In this document: in pieces, positions 49,662-57,926 of the stretch
Layout of the letters: every line of letters begins with the position of its first letter
Numbering within the stretch: the first letter of the stretch is position 1
Assembly (NCBI GenBank): GCA_048270185.1
Contig: JBLWTJ010000002.1
Span: 160,001-224,000, forward strand
Length of the DNA stretch: 64,000 bases
DNA from: Bacteriovoracaceae bacterium
GTDB taxonomy: Bacteria; Bdellovibrionota; Bacteriovoracia; Bacteriovoracales; Bacteriovoracaceae
Direction of reading: 5' to 3'
Position numbers and translations under genes: made by a program
The notes under the pieces: model-generated
The model's input: only the letters and a program-made list of their open reading frames with translations
Told to the model about the DNA's origin: nothing
The model's database searches: none

Positions 49662-51146
49662 ATGAGTATTCGAGTACCTTTTCCGGAACAAGGAAAAGAT
49701 CCACAAGTTATTTTAAATAGTTTAAATGATCTAAAAAGAGAAGATTTCAAATGGAACTTAGGAAAAGTCTTTTGCCTTACCTACCCAGTTGATGACTCTC
49801 ACCATGACTTTTTAAAAGAGTCTTATGGAAGCTTCATTAGTGAAAACTTTTTAAATCCAATGGCCTTTGAATCTTTGAAGAAAATGGAAAGAGATGTTGT
49901 TCGTATGACAATTGATCTTCTAAATGGAGATGACAAGTGCGTTGGAACAATGACTAGTGGTGGAACGGAAAGTATTCTCATGGCCGTTAAGGCCGCAAGA
50001 GAGATGGCACGAAAGAAGAGGCCATGGATAAGAACTCCAAATATTGTTTGCGCAAAGTCTGCTCACGTCGCATTCGAAAAAGCCTGTAAGTACTTCGATG
50101 TAAAGTACGTGGCCGTTGATGTTGAAGATGACTTTAAAATGAATTTAAAGAAAATGAAGAAGGCCGTTAATCGCAATACGATTCTTATCGTTGGTTCGGC
50201 CCCTCAATATCCTCAAGGTGTGATTGATCCAATTGAAGAGATGGGACAATTCGCCCTTAAGAAGAAAATCCCATTTCATGTTGATGCTTGTGTTGGTGGT
50301 TTTATGCTGCCATGGCTTGAAAAACTTGGACATGATATTCCTGCGTTTGATTTTAGAGTACCTGGTGTAACTTCGATTTCTGCCGATGTTCACAAGTATG
50401 GTTTTGCGGCAAAGGGTGCATCTGTTGTTATGTATAAGAGTATGGACTATATGAAGCATCAATTCTTCATTAGTACAGACTGGACGGGAGGAGTATATGC
50501 CTCACCTAATATGCCAGGAACAAGGCCAGGTGGAGCGATTGCAGCAGCTTGGGCAACACTTAATAAATTCGGAAAAGAAGGATACTTAAGAGAGTTTGAA
50601 CGCACTATGAATGTCGTGGCCAAATTTATCGAAGGAATCTCAGCAATTGATGGACTTGAAATTTGTGGTAATCCAAAGTCGGCCATTGTTTCATTTCAAA
50701 GTACTGATGAAAATTTAAGCTGTTATGCTATTGCCGATCAAATGATTGAGCGTGGTTGGTTCTTTGATAAAATGCAAGAACCTCAGGCCATTCACTTAAC
50801 AATTATGCCAATTCATGACCTTACTGTTGATGATTTTATTTCAGACTTACAAGAATGTGTTGAAGTTGTTCGCGCTAATCCTGAACTTGCAAAGCAAGGA
50901 GATGCGGCCATGTATGGAATGATGGCCAAGGTTCCAATGAGAGGTCTAGTGAAAAAGACAGTTGGAACAGTGATGGAGGCCATGTGGGGACCAGAAGGAA
51001 AACTTCCAGACCTTGCCAATACTGGTAAGGGTGAAGATGCCTCACCTCTTATGAAGCTTGTGGATAAGTATGGTGATACGGCCATGGATGCCCTTGAGAA
51101 AGCAGAAAAGTTTAAAAAGAATTTAAAGAGTGTCTTTACGAAATGA
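49662..51146 (+). CDS. Sphingosine-1-phosphate lyase-like PLP enzyme
   Basis: NFLNP..F..LKKMERDVV, TSGGTESI, SAHVAFEKA, SAPQYPQGVIDPI, HVDACVGGF, FDFRVPGVTSISADVHKYG, WTGGVYASP, GTRPG, C-terminal AAMYGM. Confidence 0.82.
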   Translation: MSIRVPFPEQGKDPQVILNSLNDLKREDFKWNLGKVFCLTYPVDDSHHDFLKESYGSFISENFLNPMAFESLKKMERDVVRMTIDLLNGDDKCVGTMTSGGTESILMAVKAAREMARKKRPWIRTPNIVCAKSAHVAFEKACKYFDVKYVAVDVEDDFKMNLKKMKKAVNRNTILIVGSAPQYPQGVIDPIEEMGQFALKKKIPFHVDACVGGFMLPWLEKLGHDIPAFDFRVPGVTSISADVHKYGFAAKGASVVMYKSMDYMKHQFFISTDWTGGVYASPNMPGTRPGGAIAAAWATLNKFGKEGYLREFERTMNVVAKFIEGISAIDGLEICGNPKSAIVSFQSTDENLSCYAIADQMIERGWFFDKMQEPQAIHLTIMPIHDLTVDDFISDLQECVEVVRANPELAKQGDAAMYGMMAKVPMRGLVKKTVGTVMEAMWGPEGKLPDLANTGKGEDASPLMKLVDKYGDTAMDALEKAEKFKKNLKSVFTK

Positions 51147-52261
51147 CACCATTAACAGTCGCACTTCTTATTCTCTTTCCGGCTTTTGCTCTTTTCTTAG
51201 AAAAGCGTTTTGAGCTATGTAAGAAAATTGGGGCGATTGTTATCTGCTATGCCGTTGGAATATTTCTTGGAAATAGTGGTATTCCTCTAGGATCAAAAGC
51301 TGCTATCGAAGAAATTGTTAACGTCGTTATTCCAATAGCTATTCCTCTTTTTATTTTTCGCACAGACTTCATTGGGTGGCTTAAACAATCTCGCTCTACA
51401 GTTATTAGCTACACTGTTTGTATCACGATGGTTTCTGCAATCTGTATGTTTAGTGGTGTCTTCTTTTCAAGGTGGATTCCAGAAGCTTGGCAAGTTGCAG
51501 GAATGCTTGCTGGAGTCTACACAGGTGGAACCCCAAATCTAACGGCCATTGCACAAAGCCTTTCAACGCCAAGTGAGATTATCATTCTCACAAACTCAAT
51601 TGATATGGTTACTGGCTCTGTCTTTCTCTTCATTCTTTTGGCATTAGGACGTGAATTCCTAAAAAACTTTCTTCATGTTCTTCCAATTGAAGAAGAAAGC
51701 AATGAGAGTGTTGAAGAAAATCAATCATCAATTTTGAAAGGAGGAAGCTTAGGCCTTCTTCTTTCAATCGTAATTCTTGGTATTGCATTCGGACTAAGTC
51801 ATTTAATCTTTGGAACAGTGAGTGTTGGCTTTATTATTTTTATGATTTCTCTACTTAGTATTGGTCTAAGTTTCAAAGATAAAATTAGAAATCTTTCTGG
51901 CCCATACGAGTTTGGTCAATATCTTCTGATGATTTTCTGCTTTGGAATTGGTCTGATGTCAAATATGAATAACTTTTTAAAGCATAGCTCGGCACTGCTA
52001 GTAATGATAACGACAGTTATCACTCTTTCGATCATTCTTCATTTTATTTTAGCTAAACTCTTTAAAATTGATCGCGATACGGCCGTCATCACTTGCGTGG
52101 CCAGTATCTTTGGCCCGCCATTTGTACCTCTTATAGCTGATCGTTTTAAGAACCAGCAAATGATCATTCCGGGAATCACAACAGGGCTCGTTGGCTTTGC
52201 TATAGGTAATTTTCTAGGGCTATTAATCGCATACTCTGTTAAGTATCTTCAAAATCTATAA
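51143..52261 (+). CDS. DUF819 family multi-pass membrane protein
   Basis: GVYTGGTPNL, ASIFGPPFVP, GFAIGNFLG; ATGA overlap with the upstream gene. Confidence 0.8.
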   Translation: MTPLTVALLILFPAFALFLEKRFELCKKIGAIVICYAVGIFLGNSGIPLGSKAAIEEIVNVVIPIAIPLFIFRTDFIGWLKQSRSTVISYTVCITMVSAICMFSGVFFSRWIPEAWQVAGMLAGVYTGGTPNLTAIAQSLSTPSEIIILTNSIDMVTGSVFLFILLALGREFLKNFLHVLPIEEESNESVEENQSSILKGGSLGLLLSIVILGIAFGLSHLIFGTVSVGFIIFMISLLSIGLSFKDKIRNLSGPYEFGQYLLMIFCFGIGLMSNMNNFLKHSSALLVMITTVITLSIILHFILAKLFKIDRDTAVITCVASIFGPPFVPLIADRFKNQQMIIPGITTGLVGFAIGNFLGLLIAYSVKYLQNL

Positions 52262-52358
52262 TAAATTCAACTAGTTAAAACATTGATTAAGAAATGAGCA
52301 CTACTGTAATCTTTGCTCTTAAACTCCTTATTTTCTCGTAATTTGTTAAAGTGGGTTC

Positions 52359-52931
52359 ATGAAGTATTTAAGAAAATCATCCCTATTCACACTTGTTCTT
52401 CTTATGGGCCTTATTGGCTGTAAGGGACTTGGTTCGAGTGCAGACAGCAAAGTAGTTTCGGGAACAGATGGACTTGAAACAATTGGGACTTGTACTCAAC
52501 AAGAAAAAGATGATTACTTTGTCGCTTTTGAAGGATGTGATTATAATCAACTGACATTCTATGTTGTGGATCAAGAGGTCGTTGACTGCTCTGAGGCCAT
52601 CGATACTTTTGTGGCCACTTACGGACAATATAATTGTACGACCACAGATGATGACCACAATACCATTAATATTGGAATTACAAGTTTAAACCAATTACAA
52701 GCAATCAATACTGAAAGAAATGGATACTTAAATGAAGATTCATCTGGAGCAGATTGTTCACAGAACTTAGCTGACTTCATTGCTGATATCGAAGCTAGAA
52801 GTTATGAAATTTCACAAGAAGAACTTGATGAGCTAATCTCACGTCGTGACTATATCGATTGTTCAGTAGGAACAACTTCTTACGATACTGCTGCCATTCA
52901 AGCAATTATTGATCAAGTTACAGTAATTTAA
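52359..52931 (+). CDS. Acidic Cys-rich lipoprotein (paralog 1)
   Basis: Lipobox LIGC; six further Cys. Confidence 0.7.
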   Translation: MKYLRKSSLFTLVLLMGLIGCKGLGSSADSKVVSGTDGLETIGTCTQQEKDDYFVAFEGCDYNQLTFYVVDQEVVDCSEAIDTFVATYGQYNCTTTDDDHNTINIGITSLNQLQAINTERNGYLNEDSSGADCSQNLADFIADIEARSYEISQEELDELISRRDYIDCSVGTTSYDTAAIQAIIDQVTVI

Positions 52932-52949
52932 TTTAAAGAGATATATAAA

Positions 52950-53519
52950 ATGAAAGGAATTAATTTAGCAGTATTACTACTTTGCCTTACTACGCTTGTA
53001 AGTTGCGATGGAATAATAGAAGCTGGCCCTCGTGTTGAAATATTAAACGCTCTTACGATTACTAATAAATGTACAGATACTGAATATCAAGATTATGCAT
53101 CGACATTTTCTAAATGCTACAATTTAGCTTCTCAACCTTATTTCACAGATGAACAACTCTTGGCCTGTCAGGATGCCCTTGAGCTCTTTACTGAAACTCA
53201 TGGTGAAAAGAATTGTAATGTATTAAATGATCAAGGAAATGGAATAATTGAAGTTGGTCATACTTATCTTTCACAATGGCGTGATAGTGCAGTTAGCATG
53301 AATGAGAATTATCATCAGGATGCATCTGGAGAAGAATGTTCAGATGATCTTGAAACAACAATTAATTTTATCATTGAAAATGATTATGAAGCCTATAGTT
53401 TTCAAAAAGAAAACCTAATCAACCGCGCTATTGTGGTTAATTGCTATATCGATAATGAGTACAACGATGCAAGTACAATCAAAGAAATCGTCGATAAAAT
53501 CGAAGCTAAGGCTTTATAG
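52950..53519 (+). CDS. Acidic Cys-rich lipoprotein (paralog 2)
   Basis: Lipobox LVSC; Cys spacing matches paralog 1. Confidence 0.7.
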   Translation: MKGINLAVLLLCLTTLVSCDGIIEAGPRVEILNALTITNKCTDTEYQDYASTFSKCYNLASQPYFTDEQLLACQDALELFTETHGEKNCNVLNDQGNGIIEVGHTYLSQWRDSAVSMNENYHQDASGEECSDDLETTINFIIENDYEAYSFQKENLINRAIVVNCYIDNEYNDASTIKEIVDKIEAKAL

Positions 53520-54990
53520 AAGTGTAAACCTTCTGCTTGCTAATTTCATAAGAGCGCTCCCACAGTTGAATGAACTTCTCAGCAGAATGTTCAATCCCAT
53601 GAGTATCAACACCTAAATGATTTAGATCCGTCATAAGATCAGAAAGCTGATCAATACGACCAAGGCCTGTCGTATCAAAATTTGTTCCAAGTCTTGGAAT
53701 TTTTTGACCTTTGCAATAATCTTCGTCATGATCAGAAAAGCGCGGTCTTGTTTGCGGAATAAAGCCATTAAAGTCGGAACCAAATGCAATATTCACCCCC
53801 ATACTTTGTCCAAATTTTAAAACCTGAGCAAGTGAAAGAGAGCTTCCATCGCAATTATTTTGAATACTCTTATCCACTTGATGAGCAGGATAAGTAATTG
53901 TTCGAATACCAAAGACACCATCAGCTTCTTTAAGTTCTTTAAGTAATTCCCTTGAAGTCGACTTTTCAAAGTGTCCAAGCCCATCCCTTTGAGCATCTCT
54001 AAAGTGTCCATGGGAAAAGTAAAATGGATAATTCTTAGGCTTGATGATTTTAATAACATCATTCATTGTCTGCTCAGACATATGGGCAAAGTCAATTGGC
54101 ATTCCGAGACTTACCATGTGTTCGATAACTTCTTTTCCTTTTTCGGAAAGGCCCTTAGTATTTCTTTCAACTTCCCTGACACCAAAATCAGTTTTGTACT
54201 CAATCGTCTCCGTATCAAAGCCTTGAAACTTTCCATAGCGAAGCCAATTTCTAATATACTGAGCAAATTTAAGAGGTCCTTTATGAAGAGCTGCTCCGGC
54301 CATTTCATTATCAAATTGGTGTACAATTTGGAGTGTTCTTGCCCCTGCATCCCAGTATGTTTGAAATTCTTTTTGCCAATTTTCGTTTTCAAAAACATTG
54401 CTCGATTCAACAGAGAAGATAATAGCAAGCTTACCTTCTTTAATAATTCTTCTGGCATCCATTGGCGTTAAGGCCAACTCAACCCAGTCATTTGCTTCTA
54501 TAAAAGCTTTTGCATTCTTAAGTTGGCGAAGGTGGTTATCCATATCTTCACAAGAATCGAAGCGTCGACGTGAATCCGGCAGGATCTTACAAAGAACAAA
54601 TGAGTGGACTGATGACATAACCATGAGACTTAATCCATTTTCATGGGCCTTTTTTAGATCCTGATACCAAACTTGTTGGTGGGCCAGATCATTCCACGCA
54701 GGAAATGATTTCTCAAAAGGGACACAATGATTACGATAAAGAAATGAGCTAATATAGGGATCAACATCTTCTATCACACCCTTAAACCATGGCCAAGTCT
54801 CACCTTCTTTACAGTAGTTAAAAAGATCCTCTCTCTTCTTTGCAGCAGGATCTCCAAGGGACCAAGCACCTGCAAAGGCATCATTGGCATACATGTGTAC
54901 ATGGAGGTCTGCGTAGCCCTTTACGGCCTTATCACTTGCAAATAGATGTGAAGATATAAGTATGAGAATTGAAAAGAATATTTTTTTCAT
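53506..54990 (-). CDS. Secreted M19-like amidohydrolase, sphingolipid ceramide N-deacylase-like
   Basis: Signal peptide; GYADLHVH, FPAWNDLAHQQ, GLSLMV, DFAHMS, FSHG, FGSDFNG. Confidence 0.7.
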   Translation of the reverse strand: MKKIFFSILILISSHLFASDKAVKGYADLHVHMYANDAFAGAWSLGDPAAKKREDLFNYCKEGETWPWFKGVIEDVDPYISSFLYRNHCVPFEKSFPAWNDLAHQQVWYQDLKKAHENGLSLMVMSSVHSFVLCKILPDSRRRFDSCEDMDNHLRQLKNAKAFIEANDWVELALTPMDARRIIKEGKLAIIFSVESSNVFENENWQKEFQTYWDAGARTLQIVHQFDNEMAGAALHKGPLKFAQYIRNWLRYGKFQGFDTETIEYKTDFGVREVERNTKGLSEKGKEVIEHMVSLGMPIDFAHMSEQTMNDVIKIIKPKNYPFYFSHGHFRDAQRDGLGHFEKSTSRELLKELKEADGVFGIRTITYPAHQVDKSIQNNCDGSSLSLAQVLKFGQSMGVNIAFGSDFNGFIPQTRPRFSDHDEDYCKGQKIPRLGTNFDTTGLGRIDQLSDLMTDLNHLGVDTHGIEHSAEKFIQLWERSYEISKQKVYTSIKP

Positions 54991-55039
54991 GACTAAGTAA
55001 ACCCCTAAATTGACTTACTTAATCCTAGCATAAATATTT

Positions 55040-56743
55040 CTAGATTTTAAAGTCCTCACAGGCCTTTAAATCATCTGATTTATCTAATTTCGCCTGACAG
55101 CTAAGAAATGCATATCCTCTGGCATAAGAGAGGATTTTCTTAATATTATCAGCACGTTCGACAGCTTTCGCTCTGTGGCAAGCAATTGTGTTTTCACTAC
55201 AATTGGCATCGACTTTCTTGTAATTACTTTTAAAGAATGAAACCGCATTCTTTTGGGCCTCATTACCACTTTGCTCAACTTTCTTAATACAATTTGAAAT
55301 TGTTGATGAAAGTATATCGTAAGTTGAGCGTGATCGAGCAGACAGTCCATAAGGCTTTCCACTTTTTGAAAGCTCATAAGAAACCTTTCTAAGCTTTCTC
55401 TCACCTCCATAAATCTTATTCTCTCTTTCAAATTGCAGAATATCTGAAACAGCAATCTGCATTCCTTTCGATCGATAGCTTAAGGCACACTTATTAGCCT
55501 TGCGTTCATCTTGATAGATTGTTTTACAAAGAGTTTTGGCAAGATTTTCTGAGCGAGCTGAATCAGCATAGTAACTTCGACTTGAACTATGTGAGCTAGC
55601 AAAACTACAATGAACAGGAGTATTGAGAGCAGGGTCACTCATGATCTTTGACTCTTCAGTAACAAGTGGACCAATCTTATCAAATTCGGCTTCATCATTA
55701 GAAATCAGTTCTTCTAACTTTTGCTTTAGACCTTCTGGTTCAGGAATATTAGCAGGATCAACTTTGGCAATCTTTGCAAGAGTCGCTTTATCAGCTCCTG
55801 AATCAATTTTTAGTTTTGAGACAATTTCTTCAACCGTTTCAATTTCTTTATCTCTTTTTTCTGTTAGAACTCCAATATTGGACTGACATACTGGCCGGAA
55901 TTCTTCGTTTTGATATTTCGAATATTTTGCAAAGTTAACTTGTTTCTCATCGCCACAACCAGAGATTTGATTAGTATCATCATAAATTCGCTGAAGAACG
56001 GTTGCTCCATCTTTATAATCAATATTAACTAATTTTGGTTCTTGATTGATAAGTAAATCAAGGTGTAGATCCGCTAAGCTCTTCCCTTTATTGTCTTTCA
56101 AGTGCGAGAAGGCATTATTTATATATTCACTATGAGCGGAACTAAAGGCACCTGTTGATGTCATGACACAACCAAGCCCTTTAAAGACATCAGTTGAAGC
56201 ACCACTCTTACAAGAGTAGTCCATGATCGCAAGCTTTGGTTTATCACAACCTGAATCTTCACTTCTCTTTTGCTTAAGTAATTTTGCAATTTGGTCGGCG
56301 TAAATTCTTTCTGATTTTTGATCTGCGCCGACACCATTGATTGAGTGACGAGCATAAGATTGCTTAGTCTTTGGATCATAGTAATTTCTAGAACCGTGAG
56401 CAACAAAGTTTAACATGAATTGCTCAGGCCTCTCACTACAAGGCTTATTATAGATAAATTCAATCGATTTTTTTAAGTTATCATATGTGAATGGTCTAGA
56501 GTACGAACCAGAATCAGTTGAGAAATCTTTGGCCGTCTTCTCATTCCCAAATAAACTCTTAACAACGTAGCCCGAATCTTTAAGCATTTTACGTGCATGA
56601 ACATTTTGTTCTTGAACAAACTTCGCCCCACCTTCATGATCAGCACCAACAGTAAGAGCGATCTTCTTTGGCGGATCTTTCTTTGTTTGAGCAAGTACGC
56701 TAATCGAACTAAAGAATATTAGAAATGATAGAATTACTTGCAA
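55040..56743 (-). CDS. Secreted clan CD (caspase/legumain-like) cysteine peptidase
   Basis: LNFVAHG and IMDYSCKSG dyad motifs; signal peptide; Cys-rich C-terminus. Confidence 0.6.
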   Translation of the reverse strand: MQVILSFLIFFSSISVLAQTKKDPPKKIALTVGADHEGGAKFVQEQNVHARKMLKDSGYVVKSLFGNEKTAKDFSTDSGSYSRPFTYDNLKKSIEFIYNKPCSERPEQFMLNFVAHGSRNYYDPKTKQSYARHSINGVGADQKSERIYADQIAKLLKQKRSEDSGCDKPKLAIMDYSCKSGASTDVFKGLGCVMTSTGAFSSAHSEYINNAFSHLKDNKGKSLADLHLDLLINQEPKLVNIDYKDGATVLQRIYDDTNQISGCGDEKQVNFAKYSKYQNEEFRPVCQSNIGVLTEKRDKEIETVEEIVSKLKIDSGADKATLAKIAKVDPANIPEPEGLKQKLEELISNDEAEFDKIGPLVTEESKIMSDPALNTPVHCSFASSHSSSRSYYADSARSENLAKTLCKTIYQDERKANKCALSYRSKGMQIAVSDILQFERENKIYGGERKLRKVSYELSKSGKPYGLSARSRSTYDILSSTISNCIKKVEQSGNEAQKNAVSFFKSNYKKVDANCSENTIACHRAKAVERADNIKKILSYARGYAFLSCQAKLDKSDDLKACEDFKI

Positions 56744-57081
56744 GACATTTCCTTTTTAAGAGTGAACCCTTCTTTCTTAATCGCCGAGACTTGTTGTATT
56801 GGAGAAGATAGTGCTTTTGCCAATATCTCATCTCTTATGCTTTCAACTTCAATATCCATTTTAATATCACGGCCACTAAAGTAATTAAGACTATATTGGC
56901 CTTCACTTAGTTTTATCTTAAATTTCGATAACTTAGACTCTCCTAGAATAAGCTCGCACCCCTGTGCTCCTTGGCAATTTAACTTTGCAAATACTTGATA
57001 TTGCCCGCATTTATCTATCTTCTGATCAGAATCAAAGGCATGGGCACTAGCTAGAATGAAGAATAAGATGAATTGTTTCAC
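56734..57081 (-). CDS. Small secreted hypothetical protein
   Basis: Signal peptide ending AHA, 4 Cys; overlaps the start of the peptidase gene. Confidence 0.6.
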   Translation of the reverse strand: MKQFILFFILASAHAFDSDQKIDKCGQYQVFAKLNCQGAQGCELILGESKLSKFKIKLSEGQYSLNYFSGRDIKMDIEVESIRDEILAKALSSPIQQVSAIKKEGFTLKKEMSCK

Positions 57082-57088
57082 CTTTAAA

Positions 57089-57116
57089 TTATCGGTAAAT
57101 CATTAAAATTACTTTA
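57089..57116 (-). promoter_or_regulatory. Candidate sigma-28 promoter
   Basis: Minus strand TAAA-N16-ACCGATAA just upstream of the GTG at 57081. Confidence 0.5.
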
Positions 57117-57181
57117 CTCCGTTTTGACGGCAGTCCACAATATCTTGTAGAATTTTTAAGGACTTACAAAGGGAGTATAAA

Positions 57182-57385
57182 ATGACAAAGGAATTAGCGG
57201 CCCATAATGTTGGTGTTGAAGAGTTTAAAGGAAATAAAATTTTTAAAATCTACAAAGTCGATGATGAAGGTAATGAGCTTGAAAAGTACGGAACAGTAGT
57301 AAGCTTTGGTGTAACGAAAGCACGTTATATTCTAGAAAATATCGATCAGATTAAGAAATTTGTTGAAACATTTGATAATGAATAA
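57182..57385 (+). CDS. Small hypothetical protein
   Basis: ggga g RBS; EFKGN...SFGVTKARYILENIDQIKKFV; followed by a hairpin. Confidence 0.7.
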   Translation: MTKELAAHNVGVEEFKGNKIFKIYKVDDEGNELEKYGTVVSFGVTKARYILENIDQIKKFVETFDNE

Positions 57386-57386
57386 G

Positions 57387-57412
57387 AAAAGAGGTCATTA
57401 AAATGACCTCTT
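57387..57412. terminator. Hairpin between convergent genes
   Basis: aagaggtcatt-aa-aatgacctctt. Confidence 0.7.
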
Positions 57413-57431
57413 CAATGTAATTGCTTATTTC

Positions 57432-57914
57432 TTACTGCTTATTATAGTAATAAATTGGTGATCCACCTGCCTCACGACAAGTTTTGTAATTTGTAAAAGT
57501 ATCTTGAACACTTAACTTTAGTTTTCCATCAGCATATTCATAATCAAAGATTGACCCAGCTGACTCGACACCAAAGTGTTGCTTCTTTAAAATATTCTTC
57601 CATACACCTAGGTTACAATCAACATCAGCAATTTCAAGTCCACCAACATACTGACCTTCACCTACATACTTAAACTCTCCAGCATTAACTTGAGTACAAT
57701 TTAAAATATATGGTGCCCATTTCGCACTTTTTGCAATGGCAGTCATTTCAATTGATTCCTCTGCAATTTCAATAGTGACATTATATCTCATGAATGCACC
57801 ACCAAGTTTTAGAACTTGACCTGTCGTACACTCAATACGATCAAGAAGGTACGAGCCTTGTGGAATTGTTGCAAAAGTTGAAAATGCTAATAGTAGTGAT
57901 ACTAAGTACTTCAT
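57432..57914 (-). CDS. Secreted hypothetical protein (lipocalin-like beta protein)
   Basis: Signal peptide; GSYLL; 4 Cys. Confidence 0.5.
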   Translation of the reverse strand: MKYLVSLLLAFSTFATIPQGSYLLDRIECTTGQVLKLGGAFMRYNVTIEIAEESIEMTAIAKSAKWAPYILNCTQVNAGEFKYVGEGQYVGGLEIADVDCNLGVWKNILKKQHFGVESAGSIFDYEYADGKLKLSVQDTFTNYKTCREAGGSPIYYYNKQ

Positions 57915-57926
57915 AATTTCTCCGAT

